From positions 320-64,319 of the forward strand of contig JBIIHQ010000003.1 of assembly GCA_044235645.1 (NCBI GenBank): DNA of 64,000 nucleotides, given 5' to 3'. This DNA is from Bdellovibrionota bacterium (lineage in GTDB: Bacteria > Bdellovibrionota_C > UBA2361 > OMIW01). Of this stretch, positions 1-9,692 are shown one piece after another. Each line of letters opens with the position of its first letter. The first letter of the stretch is position 1. Made by a program: the position numbers and the translations under genes. The notes under the pieces are model-generated. The model saw only the letters and a list, made by a program, of their open reading frames with translations, had not been told where the DNA came from and did no database searches.

Positions 1-1188
1 GTCGGTGTACCCATTGTTCATCTTCCCCTCAAGGGTCGGGCTGTCAGAGTATCCGACCGAATAAATACTTCCGTCGAGGCCGACCGTAACACCGAAAACC
101 CACTCCGTCTGCAAGCCCCCCATCAGTCGCGTCCACGCCTTAGTCCCATCTGGGCTCAACTTGGTTAAAAAAACATCCTGCCCGCCGCTATTCATCTCGC
201 CGTCGAGGGTGGCGCTACTTGAGACTCCTGTCATGTAGACGCTCCCATCGGTACCAGTGGCAAGAGCGGTCCCCTCCTCTAAACCCGCCCCCCCCACGAG
301 CCGTGTCCACCCCCCCTCCCCTGAAGGTTGCTGCCCCTTCTCCCGCACAACCAGCACCTTGGAGGTACTCCGGGACAAAAAATTGACTCCGAAGAGCTTC
401 GAAAATCTTCCACTTCGCGTTGTGGAACTGAGTCCTTTGAGCGTCACCTCCGCCGCAACGAGTTCTTGCGCCTCCCGATGCCTCGCCATCCACATGCCTC
501 GGGACGGTTTTGAGGTTATTTCGTTTGCCCCATATTTGACAAAGTGGCGTTTCGCCTCCACTTCGGTATTAATTGGCGGGCTAAAGCCGAGCAGGTCAGG
601 GTTCGCCGCGAGATATGTTTGCCAATCAAAGTCACCCGGAAGCAGCGATGATTGAAACGACTGACCACTTTCCCAATCATCAACGAGCGGAGTTGGCAAG
701 CTAAGTTGAGGCACTACCGCACTACACGGCTTTAACCCTCCCAGGCTTCGGTCAGAAAGATCATCGACACTGCCGAGCCTAAGGGTTGCCTTCGCTAACG
801 TTCCTCCGCTCGTGTCTTCGAAAACCGCCTCTATCGGCTCGATTGTTCCTTCTGCTGGTATGCTCACTGCTGGAAGCGACACACTTTCTACATTCTTTAC
901 GTCCATCGCACGCCTTCCGGCATCTAGCGCAAAACGGACCCTACCAGCATTCCGATTTATATGATCAAATTCGCACCCGGCCAACTCGTACGCCTTCAGT
1001 GCCGCAATCCCAATGCTCCGCACTCGACGATCTTGCTCGATGTTCTCTTGATACGCGCGATATCCGTCATACGCGAGACCGAACCCCATCAGAAATCCAA
1101 TCACGACAAAGGGAGCGGCAATAGCAACCGTACCGCCCTCCCGTGGCCATCGAACGCCCCGCCCACGCCGCTGCACCGAGCTCACCAT
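1..1188 (-). CDS. Membrane-anchored protein with C-terminal SBBP-type beta-propeller repeats. It is partial: the 3' end lies beyond the window start.
   Basis: Manual translation of the minus strand gives one open frame from an ATG near 1188 to position 1 with no stop. That is why it is absent from the M-to-stop ORF track. The N-terminus has a hydrophobic anchor (TVAIAAPFVVIGFLMGFGLAY). The middle carries a YLAANPDLLGF motif. The C-terminal part has repeats of the form GxxxWTRLxGG...DGSVYxTGxS...GGQDVFLTKLSPDGTKAWTR, which is typical of SBBP beta-propeller repeats. Confidence 0.5.
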   Translation of the reverse strand, partial: MVSSVQRRGRGVRWPREGGTVAIAAPFVVIGFLMGFGLAYDGYRAYQENIEQDRRVRSIGIAALKAYELAGCEFDHINRNAGRVRFALDAGRRAMDVKNVESVSLPAVSIPAEGTIEPIEAVFEDTSGGTLAKATLRLGSVDDLSDRSLGGLKPCSAVVPQLSLPTPLVDDWESGQSFQSSLLPGDFDWQTYLAANPDLLGFSPPINTEVEAKRHFVKYGANEITSKPSRGMWMARHREAQELVAAEVTLKGLSSTTRSGRFSKLFGVNFLSRSTSKVLVVREKGQQPSGEGGWTRLVGGAGLEEGTALATGTDGSVYMTGVSSSATLDGEMNSGGQDVFLTKLSPDGTKAWTRLMGGLQTEWVFGVTVGLDGSIYSVGYSDSPTLEGKMNNGYTD

Positions 1189-1222
1189 CACACCCCCTCG
1201 TACTTCATACACCGGTCGTAAC

Positions 1223-1909
1223 CTATCCAATCGTCTCCGTGCGAGTCACGGAGAACGACGGCAGCAAACTACCTATTCCCGACACATTACGCATTCTCGA
1301 CTGTACCGCCCCGTCGAAGTAGCCAGTCGCTGCGACCGTCACTTTGCGGTACTTGCCCAGTCGAGGCTCAACCCCCACATCAACCGGGCTATCATCATAC
1401 CTTACCAACAAATGAACCCGGGTCAGACTCGACGAGCCCAGCGAGGAAATGATGAACTGCCCCATCGTCGTCATGGTTATCCAGGCCCCACAGGCGATAT
1501 CGTTCTGCCCACCCATGCAATTGCGCGAGCCCTCAGGTATCGCGTTCGACAGAGTCCAGTTATAAGTACCCCCATTGGCATCCGGAATAAACGTGACCTC
1601 AAACTGCCGCTGCGCGCCTGTCGATGTCATCGTCGGAGTCGGACGTAACCCATTCCCCAGTACTGCCTGGTTGACAGCCCACGATACCGCTCGGCTCGAC
1701 TGATGCAGCGTGTTTGTTGCAACGATACCGACGAAGCCGGCAATCGCAGCTGGCACCAGCAATGCCGACTCAACAAGCGCTGCACCTCGTTGGCGTCCTC
1801 CTGAAGACCTGAGAGACCTCGGGGAACTAAGCGTTTCTAAAGCCTTCGCGCCCTTCAAAAAGACCCCCTGTTCTTTCCGGGTGTTTGTCTTCATTCCCTC
1901 CTCCCTCAT
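1223..1909 (-). CDS. TadE/TadG-like pilus assembly (pseudopilin-like) protein
   Basis: 228-aa ORF. The N-terminal ALVESALLVPAAIAGFVGIV segment matches the hydrophobic motif of the TadE-like family. The gene lies between two other pilus-like genes on the same strand. Confidence 0.5.
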   Translation of the reverse strand: MREEGMKTNTRKEQGVFLKGAKALETLSSPRSLRSSGGRQRGAALVESALLVPAAIAGFVGIVATNTLHQSSRAVSWAVNQAVLGNGLRPTPTMTSTGAQRQFEVTFIPDANGGTYNWTLSNAIPEGSRNCMGGQNDIACGAWITMTTMGQFIISSLGSSSLTRVHLLVRYDDSPVDVGVEPRLGKYRKVTVAATGYFDGAVQSRMRNVSGIGSLLPSFSVTRTETIG

Positions 1910-1960
1910 TAACCCAATCTGACACAGTCCATAGGTCGCAGGCTTCGATCGCTTCCCTCA

Positions 1961-3652
1961 TCAAGGTTGATTCTGAATAAGGCCTGGCACCCCACTTCCC
2001 GCACAATTTTGCCATTCATAGACGTAGTATCTACATTGATTGCACAGCGAGTCGTCTGTTGTGCCCGGAACTAAACATCCTGCCCCGGATTGAACGCACG
2101 TCGGTGTTGTCCCTCCATCACCCGCCGACTTAATGAAGTGCTTACCGGCCCAATGACAGGAGGTATTGCACTGACCATCGGAGTCCTCGTGATTTGAACT
2201 ATTTATACGTATTCCCGACCCATTATCACACATTTTGACACAAGACTTCGTGATATAACTTTCGTTTCTTCTATTCCCACAAAAATCCTGCTCCCATGTG
2301 GGCTGCCTGTTGTTCATGTTACTGTCACAGGTATTCGCCCAGGGGCCAGACTGCGACGACCAGCCACCCCGATATTCGGTAGTCTGATTTCTTTTGTTGC
2401 CACATGCGTCCTGCTCCCACCGCAGTCGCGATTGCTTTCCCTCTGTATTACAGCTTGTCGACCAGAGGCCATACTGCGTATTCCACCCACACGAGCTATC
2501 ACTCGCACGACAACCCGCCACCTCCGTATGGTTCCTGTTCGGCTGGCACCCCCCCCTATCGCGTTCCCACCTCCATTGACGCCGCTTTCCATCGGCTTCG
2601 CAGTAAGGGCTCCACTCTCTATTCGGATTATCTTTGCCCCAGCCGGACTGGAGCTGATCAAAGCACGGCTGACACCGCGACTCCGAAATACCCGACGAAT
2701 TACCACAGGAGTCGCTGTATGAGTTCGTCCTCGTTCCGGGACCACACTCCGCGCTCCAAGCCGACCAGCTACCTGATGATTGTCGCGGCTCACAACTCGG
2801 AGCCGTCACTGGCTGAGCCACCTGAGGATAGAACGGCACGGCCATCACCATCGGATACGAACCCACAATTCCTTTCACCTCGACCACTGCGACTACTTCG
2901 GTCGGCAGCTTAGTGCTCACTGAGGAAAGACTATTCCATGAACCTAGCTCAGCGGCCGGCACCTTGATTATCCGACAGGTTCCCCGCCCCCCAGCCCGGC
3001 TGGTGCTGGGTTGTGCCTCAGAGTCCCTGAGACCTTGCAGCCTCTTTCGCGCATTAAACCTATCGTGCGCCCCCTCCATCTCCGTCTCTGAAGCTGTGTT
3101 AGCACTAGCGACCACCCCACACGCATGATAATTATTGAGAGATGCCCAATTACTAGGGCCCTCGTTCCAATCTTCTACTAATGCCGAAGTCAACGGCGGC
3201 AGATACCCAAAGTTAAGCTCCTCGAGCCTCGCCTCGGTACCAAGCCGGTCAAGGTGCCTCACTTTCTTGAACGACACTCCTCCAACACCCGACATCGCCG
3301 ATGCAAACCTATCAGATAGACTTTTACGCGCCGTTTTGAATGCCGTATACTCGGGCCCCTCCCCCCTGTTCCAAAAATCGCCCAAGAGAGCCTTATTCCC
3401 TCGAGCATCATCGACAAGCTCGGTAAGCTGATGGTAAGCGCTGTTGTACCGATGCATTACCACGAGGGGTTCGGCAACCCCGACCCCCAGCGCGACCACC
3501 ATAGGTGTCACAATCGCAGCCTCAAGGAGCTGAGCACCGCGCTCCGCTATCCTCGCCAAAGCTCCTCGCGTCTTCGTTGTTCGCTTACCTGCCATACCGA
3601 GCCTCGTCTCCCTACGTTCTACATCGTGGCAGCACGGAGGTGTTACAGACAC
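1961..3652 (-). CDS. Large TadE/TadG-like protein with C-terminal Cys/Trp-rich repeats that resemble thrombospondin type-1 repeats
   Basis: 563-aa ORF. The real start is probably the internal Met at about 3595 (MAGKRTTK...). The N-terminal LLEAAIVTPMVVALGVGV segment is a TadE-like motif. The C-terminal half contains WSAWSAECGPG followed by three units of about 38 aa: RWERDRGGCQPNRN, RWEQDACGNKRN and TWEQDFCGNRRN. Confidence 0.55.
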   Translation of the reverse strand: MSVTPPCCHDVERRETRLGMAGKRTTKTRGALARIAERGAQLLEAAIVTPMVVALGVGVAEPLVVMHRYNSAYHQLTELVDDARGNKALLGDFWNRGEGPEYTAFKTARKSLSDRFASAMSGVGGVSFKKVRHLDRLGTEARLEELNFGYLPPLTSALVEDWNEGPSNWASLNNYHACGVVASANTASETEMEGAHDRFNARKRLQGLRDSEAQPSTSRAGGRGTCRIIKVPAAELGSWNSLSSVSTKLPTEVVAVVEVKGIVGSYPMVMAVPFYPQVAQPVTAPSCEPRQSSGSWSAWSAECGPGTRTNSYSDSCGNSSGISESRCQPCFDQLQSGWGKDNPNREWSPYCEADGKRRQWRWERDRGGCQPNRNHTEVAGCRASDSSCGWNTQYGLWSTSCNTEGKQSRLRWEQDACGNKRNQTTEYRGGWSSQSGPWANTCDSNMNNRQPTWEQDFCGNRRNESYITKSCVKMCDNGSGIRINSSNHEDSDGQCNTSCHWAGKHFIKSAGDGGTTPTCVQSGAGCLVPGTTDDSLCNQCRYYVYEWQNCAGSGVPGLIQNQP

Positions 3653-3967
3653 GTCCGCCCTCGCCCCATGAAACTTAAAATCAGCTCTGTGGGCTGTAGC
3701 CAGATCAACCCCGTTCCCTTCTCTTCAAACCTCTATCGCCGAAACAACCCCCATTCTGTTCTATGAGGATAGCCCGCATCCAATTCCAAAATCAAACTTT
3801 TTTTGAGCGCAATTCCGATCCGCGTCAAAATGACGGTCGTTGGAACGGGGGACGGACGAATGAGTCGGCCTGAGAAACGGCGGATGTTCGTGGGTAAGGC
3901 CAAAATGACCCCTTACTCTCAGCTCGCCCGACACCCGTTTTTGCGCTTTACCCTCAACTTTTCGCTG

Positions 3968-4789
3968 CTAGGCGCTCCACGTTCGAATTGAACCGTAAAT
4001 TTGTGACACCAAACTCTCTGACCTCTGGAGCTGTTCGAGCAGGAGATTCGACGCTGTCTCCTGTTGAGCAGTCGCCCTCTCCAGATTCGCTGTCTCCTCA
4101 ACCTCATCGATTGAACGCATCACCACCGATGCCTCATCATACAATCCTACCATCACCCCAAGATACGTCACCGCCGCCGATGCCCGCGATCGACCAGCGT
4201 TAATCACCCCTCGACGACGTTCAATTTCCTCAAGATATACCTCGAGGTCGGCGAGCTCCGTTGCCGGGTTACCGGTCGAAGATATATCGATTGATCCGAG
4301 TTCAATCGAAGCTCCATCCCCCACGGTCACCTGAAAGGACCCCGAGTCCTCCTGACTTGCTTTAACGGTTATTGATGAGAAATCTCCAAAAAAAATGCTC
4401 TTCTCCCCAAACTTTGCTGATCTTATGAAATCGTTAGCCTGAGCAATCAGATCGTTTGCCTCGCTATTGAGGCTCGCTCGCTCAGTCGGATCGGTTGTCG
4501 CTGACGCTTCCTCAATAACCGCTCTTACATCCCCCATAATCGCCTGAACTCCCTCAAGGGCTGCATCGGCGACGTTCAGGTACGATATCCCATCATTAAG
4601 ATTGCTTATTGTGGCAAGACCGGTTGTCACCTGAGCATCGAGGCCATTTGCTACCCCGATACTAACCGAATCGTTCTCCCGCTCTCCCGTCAAAAGCCTC
4701 TTCTGAATTCGCTCGACATCCCAGGTCGATTGCCGAAGGTACCCTACCAACCACGACGTGACGACGTTACTACTCGCTAACACACTCAC
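3968..4789 (-). CDS. Flagellin / hook-associated protein (FlgL)-family protein
   Basis: 273 aa. The N-terminal region (RLLTGERENDSVSIGVANGL...NLNDGISYLNVADAALEGVQAIMGDVRAVIEEAS...DPTERASLNSEANDLIAQANDFIRSAKFGEKSIFFG) follows the conserved pattern of the flagellin N-domain (RLSSG..IN...DDAAG...NDGIS...A.GAL.E...LQR.RELAVQ...DR..I..E...L). The C-terminal domain matches only weakly. Confidence 0.5.
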   Translation of the reverse strand: MSVLASSNVVTSWLVGYLRQSTWDVERIQKRLLTGERENDSVSIGVANGLDAQVTTGLATISNLNDGISYLNVADAALEGVQAIMGDVRAVIEEASATTDPTERASLNSEANDLIAQANDFIRSAKFGEKSIFFGDFSSITVKASQEDSGSFQVTVGDGASIELGSIDISSTGNPATELADLEVYLEEIERRRGVINAGRSRASAAVTYLGVMVGLYDEASVVMRSIDEVEETANLERATAQQETASNLLLEQLQRSESLVSQIYGSIRTWSA

Positions 4790-4870
4790 GGCAACCTCCT
4801 TGATCCCTCACGACAGCTTCCTCAAGGGAGAAACCGGCTCCCTCCACTATCCCAAACCTCTCTCCCGCCT

Positions 4871-5131
4871 CTAATCCTCCAGAAGGAATCGCACCCGTGC
4901 TTCGTCGAACGGTATACAAAGCAAATCCACCTGCGCTTGTCCCCGGAAAACCCGCACTCCAAGAGCGTCGGCCAAAAGCTCAGCCTCCTCAGGATTTCTC
5001 ACGATGCTGTAGGCAAAATGCAGATCTGGTTCTCTGCTCGACATCATCCCTCCAAGCGATTTCAAATTTCTCAGCCCCCGATAGTGGTTACCGAAATCCA
5101 TCGCGCCTCCTTTTTCGAACCCCATCACCAC
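4871..5131 (-). CDS. Hypothetical small protein (86 aa)
   Basis: ORF lying between the flagellin-like gene and the DUF1003 gene on the same strand. No motif recognised. Confidence 0.25.
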   Translation of the reverse strand: MVMGFEKGGAMDFGNHYRGLRNLKSLGGMMSSREPDLHFAYSIVRNPEEAELLADALGVRVFRGQAQVDLLCIPFDEARVRFLLED

Positions 5132-5323
5132 AACCTACCAAGTCCCGTGCGTACCCTTGTTATGGAGGGTCCGCGAACCCTGTGCGGTTAGCCCATAGAA
5201 CCTTTCGTTGAATTCGCGGAGCGCTTGACATCGAAGCAACACCTCAGCCTCCTCAGGACTACGCGCGTCTCGGGGCCTTCTGAACTGATGATTTCACCAC
5301 TAGTGCGTGACCGTGCGAGTTCG

Positions 5324-6241
5324 CTAACCGTGGCGGATCCCCGCGGTGGATCCCTCTGCCGCTGGACCCCGTTCGGGATGTCCCCGATCGGCGTGCCGCC
5401 CGAGCCGTCGTTGAAGCTCGAAAAGCTCCTCAAGAAGCTCGGTCTGAATATTTTGGACCTCGAGAAGCCGCTGCCACTGATGATTCATCAGCTGATCAAG
5501 TTTGCGGGAAAGGTGGCGAATCTCAAGCTCTGCCTTTAGATTAACGAGGTAATCCTGTTCGGACCGATAACGATCCTTTGCCTCCTGGCGATTCTGACTC
5601 ATCATGATAATCGGTGCCTGCATGGCTGCGATGCACGAAAGAAGCAAATTAAGAAGGATAAATGGGTAGGGGTCAAAAGCGGCGGAGTCGCCTCCCCGCG
5701 AATTCACAATTATCCACACCGCAAGAACGGCGGAAAAACATCCAATAAAGATCCAACTCCCCCCGAAAGAGGCCACCCGATCTGCTATTAACTGCCCCTT
5801 CGTGAGCGATTGATCGAAATGTGTGTTAATATCTTCAGAAATTATTGCCTGTTCCTGGAGGCTTCTGATGACCTCTTCCTCGAGCTGGGTCAGCTCTCCC
5901 CTTTCCTGCACAATAGTATGAGCGACGAAGCCCCCCCGAAACCGGTTGAGGCATCGGTGACAGATCGGCTGATCCTCTTGCCACCCCACCGCCTGCTCTC
6001 GAATGTATTGATTAAGCGCCACTCCATGAAGCGCGCTGGGCGAGAGCTCGGCTCCAGAGGCGCGCTTGTGACAGATGGCGCAGTGAGTGGCACCGGGGAC
6101 ATTGCCTCGGTGGCGACGGCGGGTATGGTGGAGCTGTTCAGTTGATGTGGGGGAAACGTCCCCCGGGGAATGTTCCGTCTCATCCTGCTTTCTCTCGACA
6201 GGGGAGGCTCCGTGAGTATCTTTTGGTGGTTCAGCACCCAT
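5324..6241 (-). CDS. DUF1003 family membrane protein
   Basis: The C-terminal region PYPFILLNLLLSCIAAMQAPIIMMSQNRQ followed by a coiled-coil tail is characteristic of DUF1003. The start is taken at the internal Met (MGAEPP) so the gene does not overlap the leuS stop. The ORF itself extends to 6373. Confidence 0.6.
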   Translation of the reverse strand: MGAEPPKDTHGASPVERKQDETEHSPGDVSPTSTEQLHHTRRRHRGNVPGATHCAICHKRASGAELSPSALHGVALNQYIREQAVGWQEDQPICHRCLNRFRGGFVAHTIVQERGELTQLEEEVIRSLQEQAIISEDINTHFDQSLTKGQLIADRVASFGGSWIFIGCFSAVLAVWIIVNSRGGDSAAFDPYPFILLNLLLSCIAAMQAPIIMMSQNRQEAKDRYRSEQDYLVNLKAELEIRHLSRKLDQLMNHQWQRLLEVQNIQTELLEELFELQRRLGRHADRGHPERGPAAEGSTAGIRHG

Positions 6242-6303
6242 GATTCCTCCCCCCTGTCGCTGTTTGCCCCGGAACTCAACCGTCCTACCACCACCATCGA
6301 CCG

Positions 6304-8952
6304 TTACACAACGACATTTACCAGTTTGTCCGGAACAACGATCATTTTCCGGATATCCTTTCCATCGCACCACCTCCCGACCGCCGGGTGACCGCGAACC
6401 GCAGCTTCAACCTCTTCGCGAGGCGTGCCCGGCGCAGCGGTGATCTCACCCCGCAGTTTTCCGTTCACCTGGATCACGATCGTAATCATGTCCTCCTTCG
6501 CTTTCTCGAGATCCCCGACCGGCCATTGCGAGCAGTGAATACTTTCCCCCTCGCCTCCTCGATGCCACAACTCCTCAGTAATATGGGGGAAGATCGGCGC
6601 CATCAGCTGAAGAAGGGTACGACACGCCATCCGCCATACGGGCTTGCTCACCGAACCACGCTCACGCGAGAGAAGATTCGCAAACTCCATATACCCGGCG
6701 ATCACGGTGTTGAACCGAAAATCGGAGAGACCCTCGGTCGCCCGGATAATCAACTGGTGCATCCGACGTTCAATAAGGATATCGGCCTTCCCGGGACCAG
6801 ACGCCGCCCCCTCTGAGAGTGTTCCCTCTTCGAGAACCAGCCGCCACGTCCGATGAAGAAAGCGAGAGATCCCCTCAATCGCGCTCGGGTCCCACGGCCC
6901 TCCCTGCTCCCACGGGCCAAGGAACATCAGATACCCCCGTACCGTATCGGCTCCATAATCCCGCACGTAATCGTCCGGATTGACCACATTACCCCGGCTT
7001 TTCGACATCTTCTCGTTGTCTGGACCCAGCACCATTCCCTGATTGACCAGCCGAATCATGGGCTCGGAAAAATCGTACAGCCCGATATCTCGGAGTGCCT
7101 TTGAGAAGAAACGCGTGTATAGAAGATGCATCGTTGCATGTTCTATTCCCCCAGTGTACTGGTCCACCGGTGCCCAGTACGAAAACGCCTCTGGATCCCA
7201 CGGCGTATCATCACGATGGATAACCGCCCCCTTCTTCCAGTACGGGGAGATGTACCCGTACTGATACCAGCTCGAGCAGAGGAAAGTATCCATCGTATCG
7301 GTCTCTCGCTCTGCCGCGTTACCACACCGCGGGCACGAAACGTGGCGAAAGCTGGGGTGATATTTGAGAGGGCTTTCTCCCGTCGGCTTGAAGGCAGCAT
7401 CATCGGGAAGAGTGACCGGAAGTGATTCGTATGGAACCGGCACTTCACCACAGCCGGTGCAATACACCATCGGGATTGGGGTGCCCCACATCCTTTGACG
7501 GCTGATCAACCAATCCCGCAGCCGATACGAAATCGTACGCTTTCCAAAACCGCACTCCTCTATCCACTCCGCGATGCGTGGTATCGCCTCTGCCACCGGG
7601 GTACCAGTGAAGGGACCACTAGCAACGAGCGTCCCCTCAGTTTTTGATGAGTAGGCACCGGTCGAGGCGCTGCCCCCCGCCGGGGGTTCGATAACGGTGA
7701 CTATCGGGAGGGAGAATTTATGCGCGAATTCGTAATCGCGGTCGTCGTGGCCCGGTACTGCCATAATCGCGCCCGTCCCGTATCCCATCAACACGTAATC
7801 GGCGACCCATACCGGTACTGGTTGGTTCGTTGCGGGATTAATCGCATACGCCCCGGTGAACACCCCCGTTTTTTCCTTGTCGGTCGCCGTTCTCGTTCGT
7901 TCGTCGAGACGCTGAGCTGCTTCGACGTAGTCGGTGACCGCGGAGCGGTACGACGGAGGAGTGAGAGCGGAAACTGCGGGGTGCTCTGGGGCAAGTACCA
8001 GGAAAGTCGCTCCCCAAAGGGTGTCCGGACGGGTGGTAAAAACGGTGATAGTACTCCCCTCCCGACACTCTGCGGTCGGCGGTACTGAAAAGACAACCTC
8101 AGCCCCTTCACTTCTCCCGATCCAGTTCGTCTGCATCGTCTTGACCCGCTCGGGCCACGCGAGGGTTCCCAGTTCAGTGAGCAGCTCCTCGGCGTACCTC
8201 GTGATCCGAAACTTCCACTGATTGAGCTCCTTCTTAACGACCGGGCTGTCGCATCGCTCGCAGAGCCGCTCAACCCCCACGACCTGCTCACGCGCAAGGG
8301 TAGTATTGCAACTGGGGCACCAATCAACCGGCGCAAATTCACGATACGCGAGCCCCGCCTCGTAAAGCCGCAGGAAGAGCCACTGGGTCCATTTGTAATA
8401 ATCGGGGTCACACGTCACTACCTCATGATCCCACGCCCACATTGCCCCCATCTGCCGGAGCTGTCCCCGCATCCGCGCAATGTTGTCGTAGGTCCATTTC
8501 TTGGGGTGGAGATTGTGCTTGATAGCTGCGTTCTCGGCGGGAAGGCCAAAAGCATCGAAACCGACCGGGAAAAATACATTATACCCCTGCATCCGGCGAA
8601 ATCGGGCCGCTGCATCAGAGGGGGTCATCGCGTACCAGTGGCCCGCATGCAGATCCCCCGAGGGGTACGGCAGCATCGTCAGGGCGTACCATTTCGGGCG
8701 CGCGGGGTCGATCCTCGTTCGGTCGATACCCTGCTCTTCCCACGTGGCGTGCCATCGCTGTTCGACTGATTGGTGATCATACCGTTCGCTCATGAGTGTT
8801 CCGTGGGAAAAGGTATTTAGAATAGTGAACAATATCAGGAGGCTCCGCGACGGGCTTCGACTGGACCGAAGCATGGCCACAGCCGACGAGCAGAATCGAG
8901 GGAGAAGGTAAGTCAACCCACGCATCGAGCCATCTTGGTCGAACTGTAGCAC
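6304..8952 (-). CDS. leuS: Leucyl-tRNA synthetase
   Basis: 882 aa. The N-terminus (QRWHATWEEQGIDRT...KWYALTMLPYPSGDLHAGHWYAMTPSDAAARFRRMQGYNVFFPVGFDAFGLPAENAAIKH) carries the class-I HIGH-type motif, and the full-length architecture is that of LeuS. Confidence 0.95.
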   Translation of the reverse strand: MLQFDQDGSMRGLTYLLPRFCSSAVAMLRSSRSPSRSLLILFTILNTFSHGTLMSERYDHQSVEQRWHATWEEQGIDRTRIDPARPKWYALTMLPYPSGDLHAGHWYAMTPSDAAARFRRMQGYNVFFPVGFDAFGLPAENAAIKHNLHPKKWTYDNIARMRGQLRQMGAMWAWDHEVVTCDPDYYKWTQWLFLRLYEAGLAYREFAPVDWCPSCNTTLAREQVVGVERLCERCDSPVVKKELNQWKFRITRYAEELLTELGTLAWPERVKTMQTNWIGRSEGAEVVFSVPPTAECREGSTITVFTTRPDTLWGATFLVLAPEHPAVSALTPPSYRSAVTDYVEAAQRLDERTRTATDKEKTGVFTGAYAINPATNQPVPVWVADYVLMGYGTGAIMAVPGHDDRDYEFAHKFSLPIVTVIEPPAGGSASTGAYSSKTEGTLVASGPFTGTPVAEAIPRIAEWIEECGFGKRTISYRLRDWLISRQRMWGTPIPMVYCTGCGEVPVPYESLPVTLPDDAAFKPTGESPLKYHPSFRHVSCPRCGNAAERETDTMDTFLCSSWYQYGYISPYWKKGAVIHRDDTPWDPEAFSYWAPVDQYTGGIEHATMHLLYTRFFSKALRDIGLYDFSEPMIRLVNQGMVLGPDNEKMSKSRGNVVNPDDYVRDYGADTVRGYLMFLGPWEQGGPWDPSAIEGISRFLHRTWRLVLEEGTLSEGAASGPGKADILIERRMHQLIIRATEGLSDFRFNTVIAGYMEFANLLSRERGSVSKPVWRMACRTLLQLMAPIFPHITEELWHRGGEGESIHCSQWPVGDLEKAKEDMITIVIQVNGKLRGEITAAPGTPREEVEAAVRGHPAVGRWCDGKDIRKMIVVPDKLVNVVV

Positions 8953-9151
8953 ACCCCTCAGGAATGTGCATAGGAAACAGGAGGATAGCCGAGGTTTGCG
9001 GAGGACAATCGGAGCGGGATGTCATCGAGAGAAGGTCGGACCGGTTCATATCCGCCTATCTACAGATTTTTTTGGTGAAACCAGAAAATAAAGTCGGTCC
9101 AGTACGATACGTGGCAGGTTTCGCACGCATAACTTTCAGCGAAGGTTGGAG

Positions 9152-9198
9152 TTGGACTTGTTGAGTGAAGTGCTGAACAAGTCCAATTTCTTTTTTAT
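9152..9198 (+). terminator. Intrinsic terminator (11-bp perfect stem, U-tract)
   Basis: The sequence ttggacttgtt / gagtgaagtgctg / aacaagtccaa is followed by tttcttttttat. Confidence 0.6.
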
Positions 9199-9647
9199 GG
9201 TTCTGTCAAACGTCGCTGTCGCTGCAGCCAACGCAATGCGGTGGACAATCGAGGATGCTGATCAGGCGCACGCCGAGGGTTACAGGAAAACCATCTGTGA
9301 ATTTTTCGGGGGAAGCCTCCCATTCTATTGGCAACACCTAGGCCAATGTCTAGAAAGTCGGACCACGCCGATGAAGATATTGTCGGGTGGCGAGATCGGG
9401 TTGGCCCCCTGTACCGGCGATTGACCTGGGCGAATTCCTGTTAGCCCTGAGTCTCGAGTCCGGCGGCAACCGTCGCCTTGTGGTGCTCACTAATTCCTCA
9501 CGTCCCTCCCTCGTTGGAGTTGTTCAAGAGGAACCGGAGCCGAAACAAGATTCCGCAGGTATGACAGCCTGGGATCGCAGTTTGACCTCGGTCATGGCTC
9601 AGAATGCGACGAAGCTGGGCCAGGTGATCGAATAACGCGACCGTCCC

Positions 9648-9692
9648 CCCTCCATGAGCTCATACGAAGCTCATGGAGGGCCTTTTTTCTCC
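9648..9692 (+). terminator. Intrinsic terminator (12-bp perfect stem, U-tract)
   Basis: The sequence ccctccatgagc / tcatacgaa / gctcatggaggg is followed by ccttttttctcc. Confidence 0.7.

Noticed and set aside
60-130. Apparent frameshift inside the SBBP beta-propeller gene on the minus strand
   Set aside because: The apparent shift was my own miscount of a G6 homopolymer that spans the 120/121 boundary. With six Gs the frame is continuous and all propeller repeats are in one frame.
6388-8769. Multiple ORFs of 90-200 aa antisense to or overlapping leuS. Similar ORFs lie inside valS (for example 37353..38321), ygiC (57163..58062), the carboxyltransferase gene, nnr and pgm.
   Set aside because: They are fully embedded in strongly supported long genes on the opposite strand and have biased, low-complexity composition. 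These are typical spurious ORFs of high-GC DNA.
9146-9424. 92-aa ORF in the leuS-ppa gap
   Set aside because: It begins at a TTG that lies inside the stem of a strong intrinsic terminator, and its first 15 codons are the hairpin itself. This is almost certainly not a coding start.
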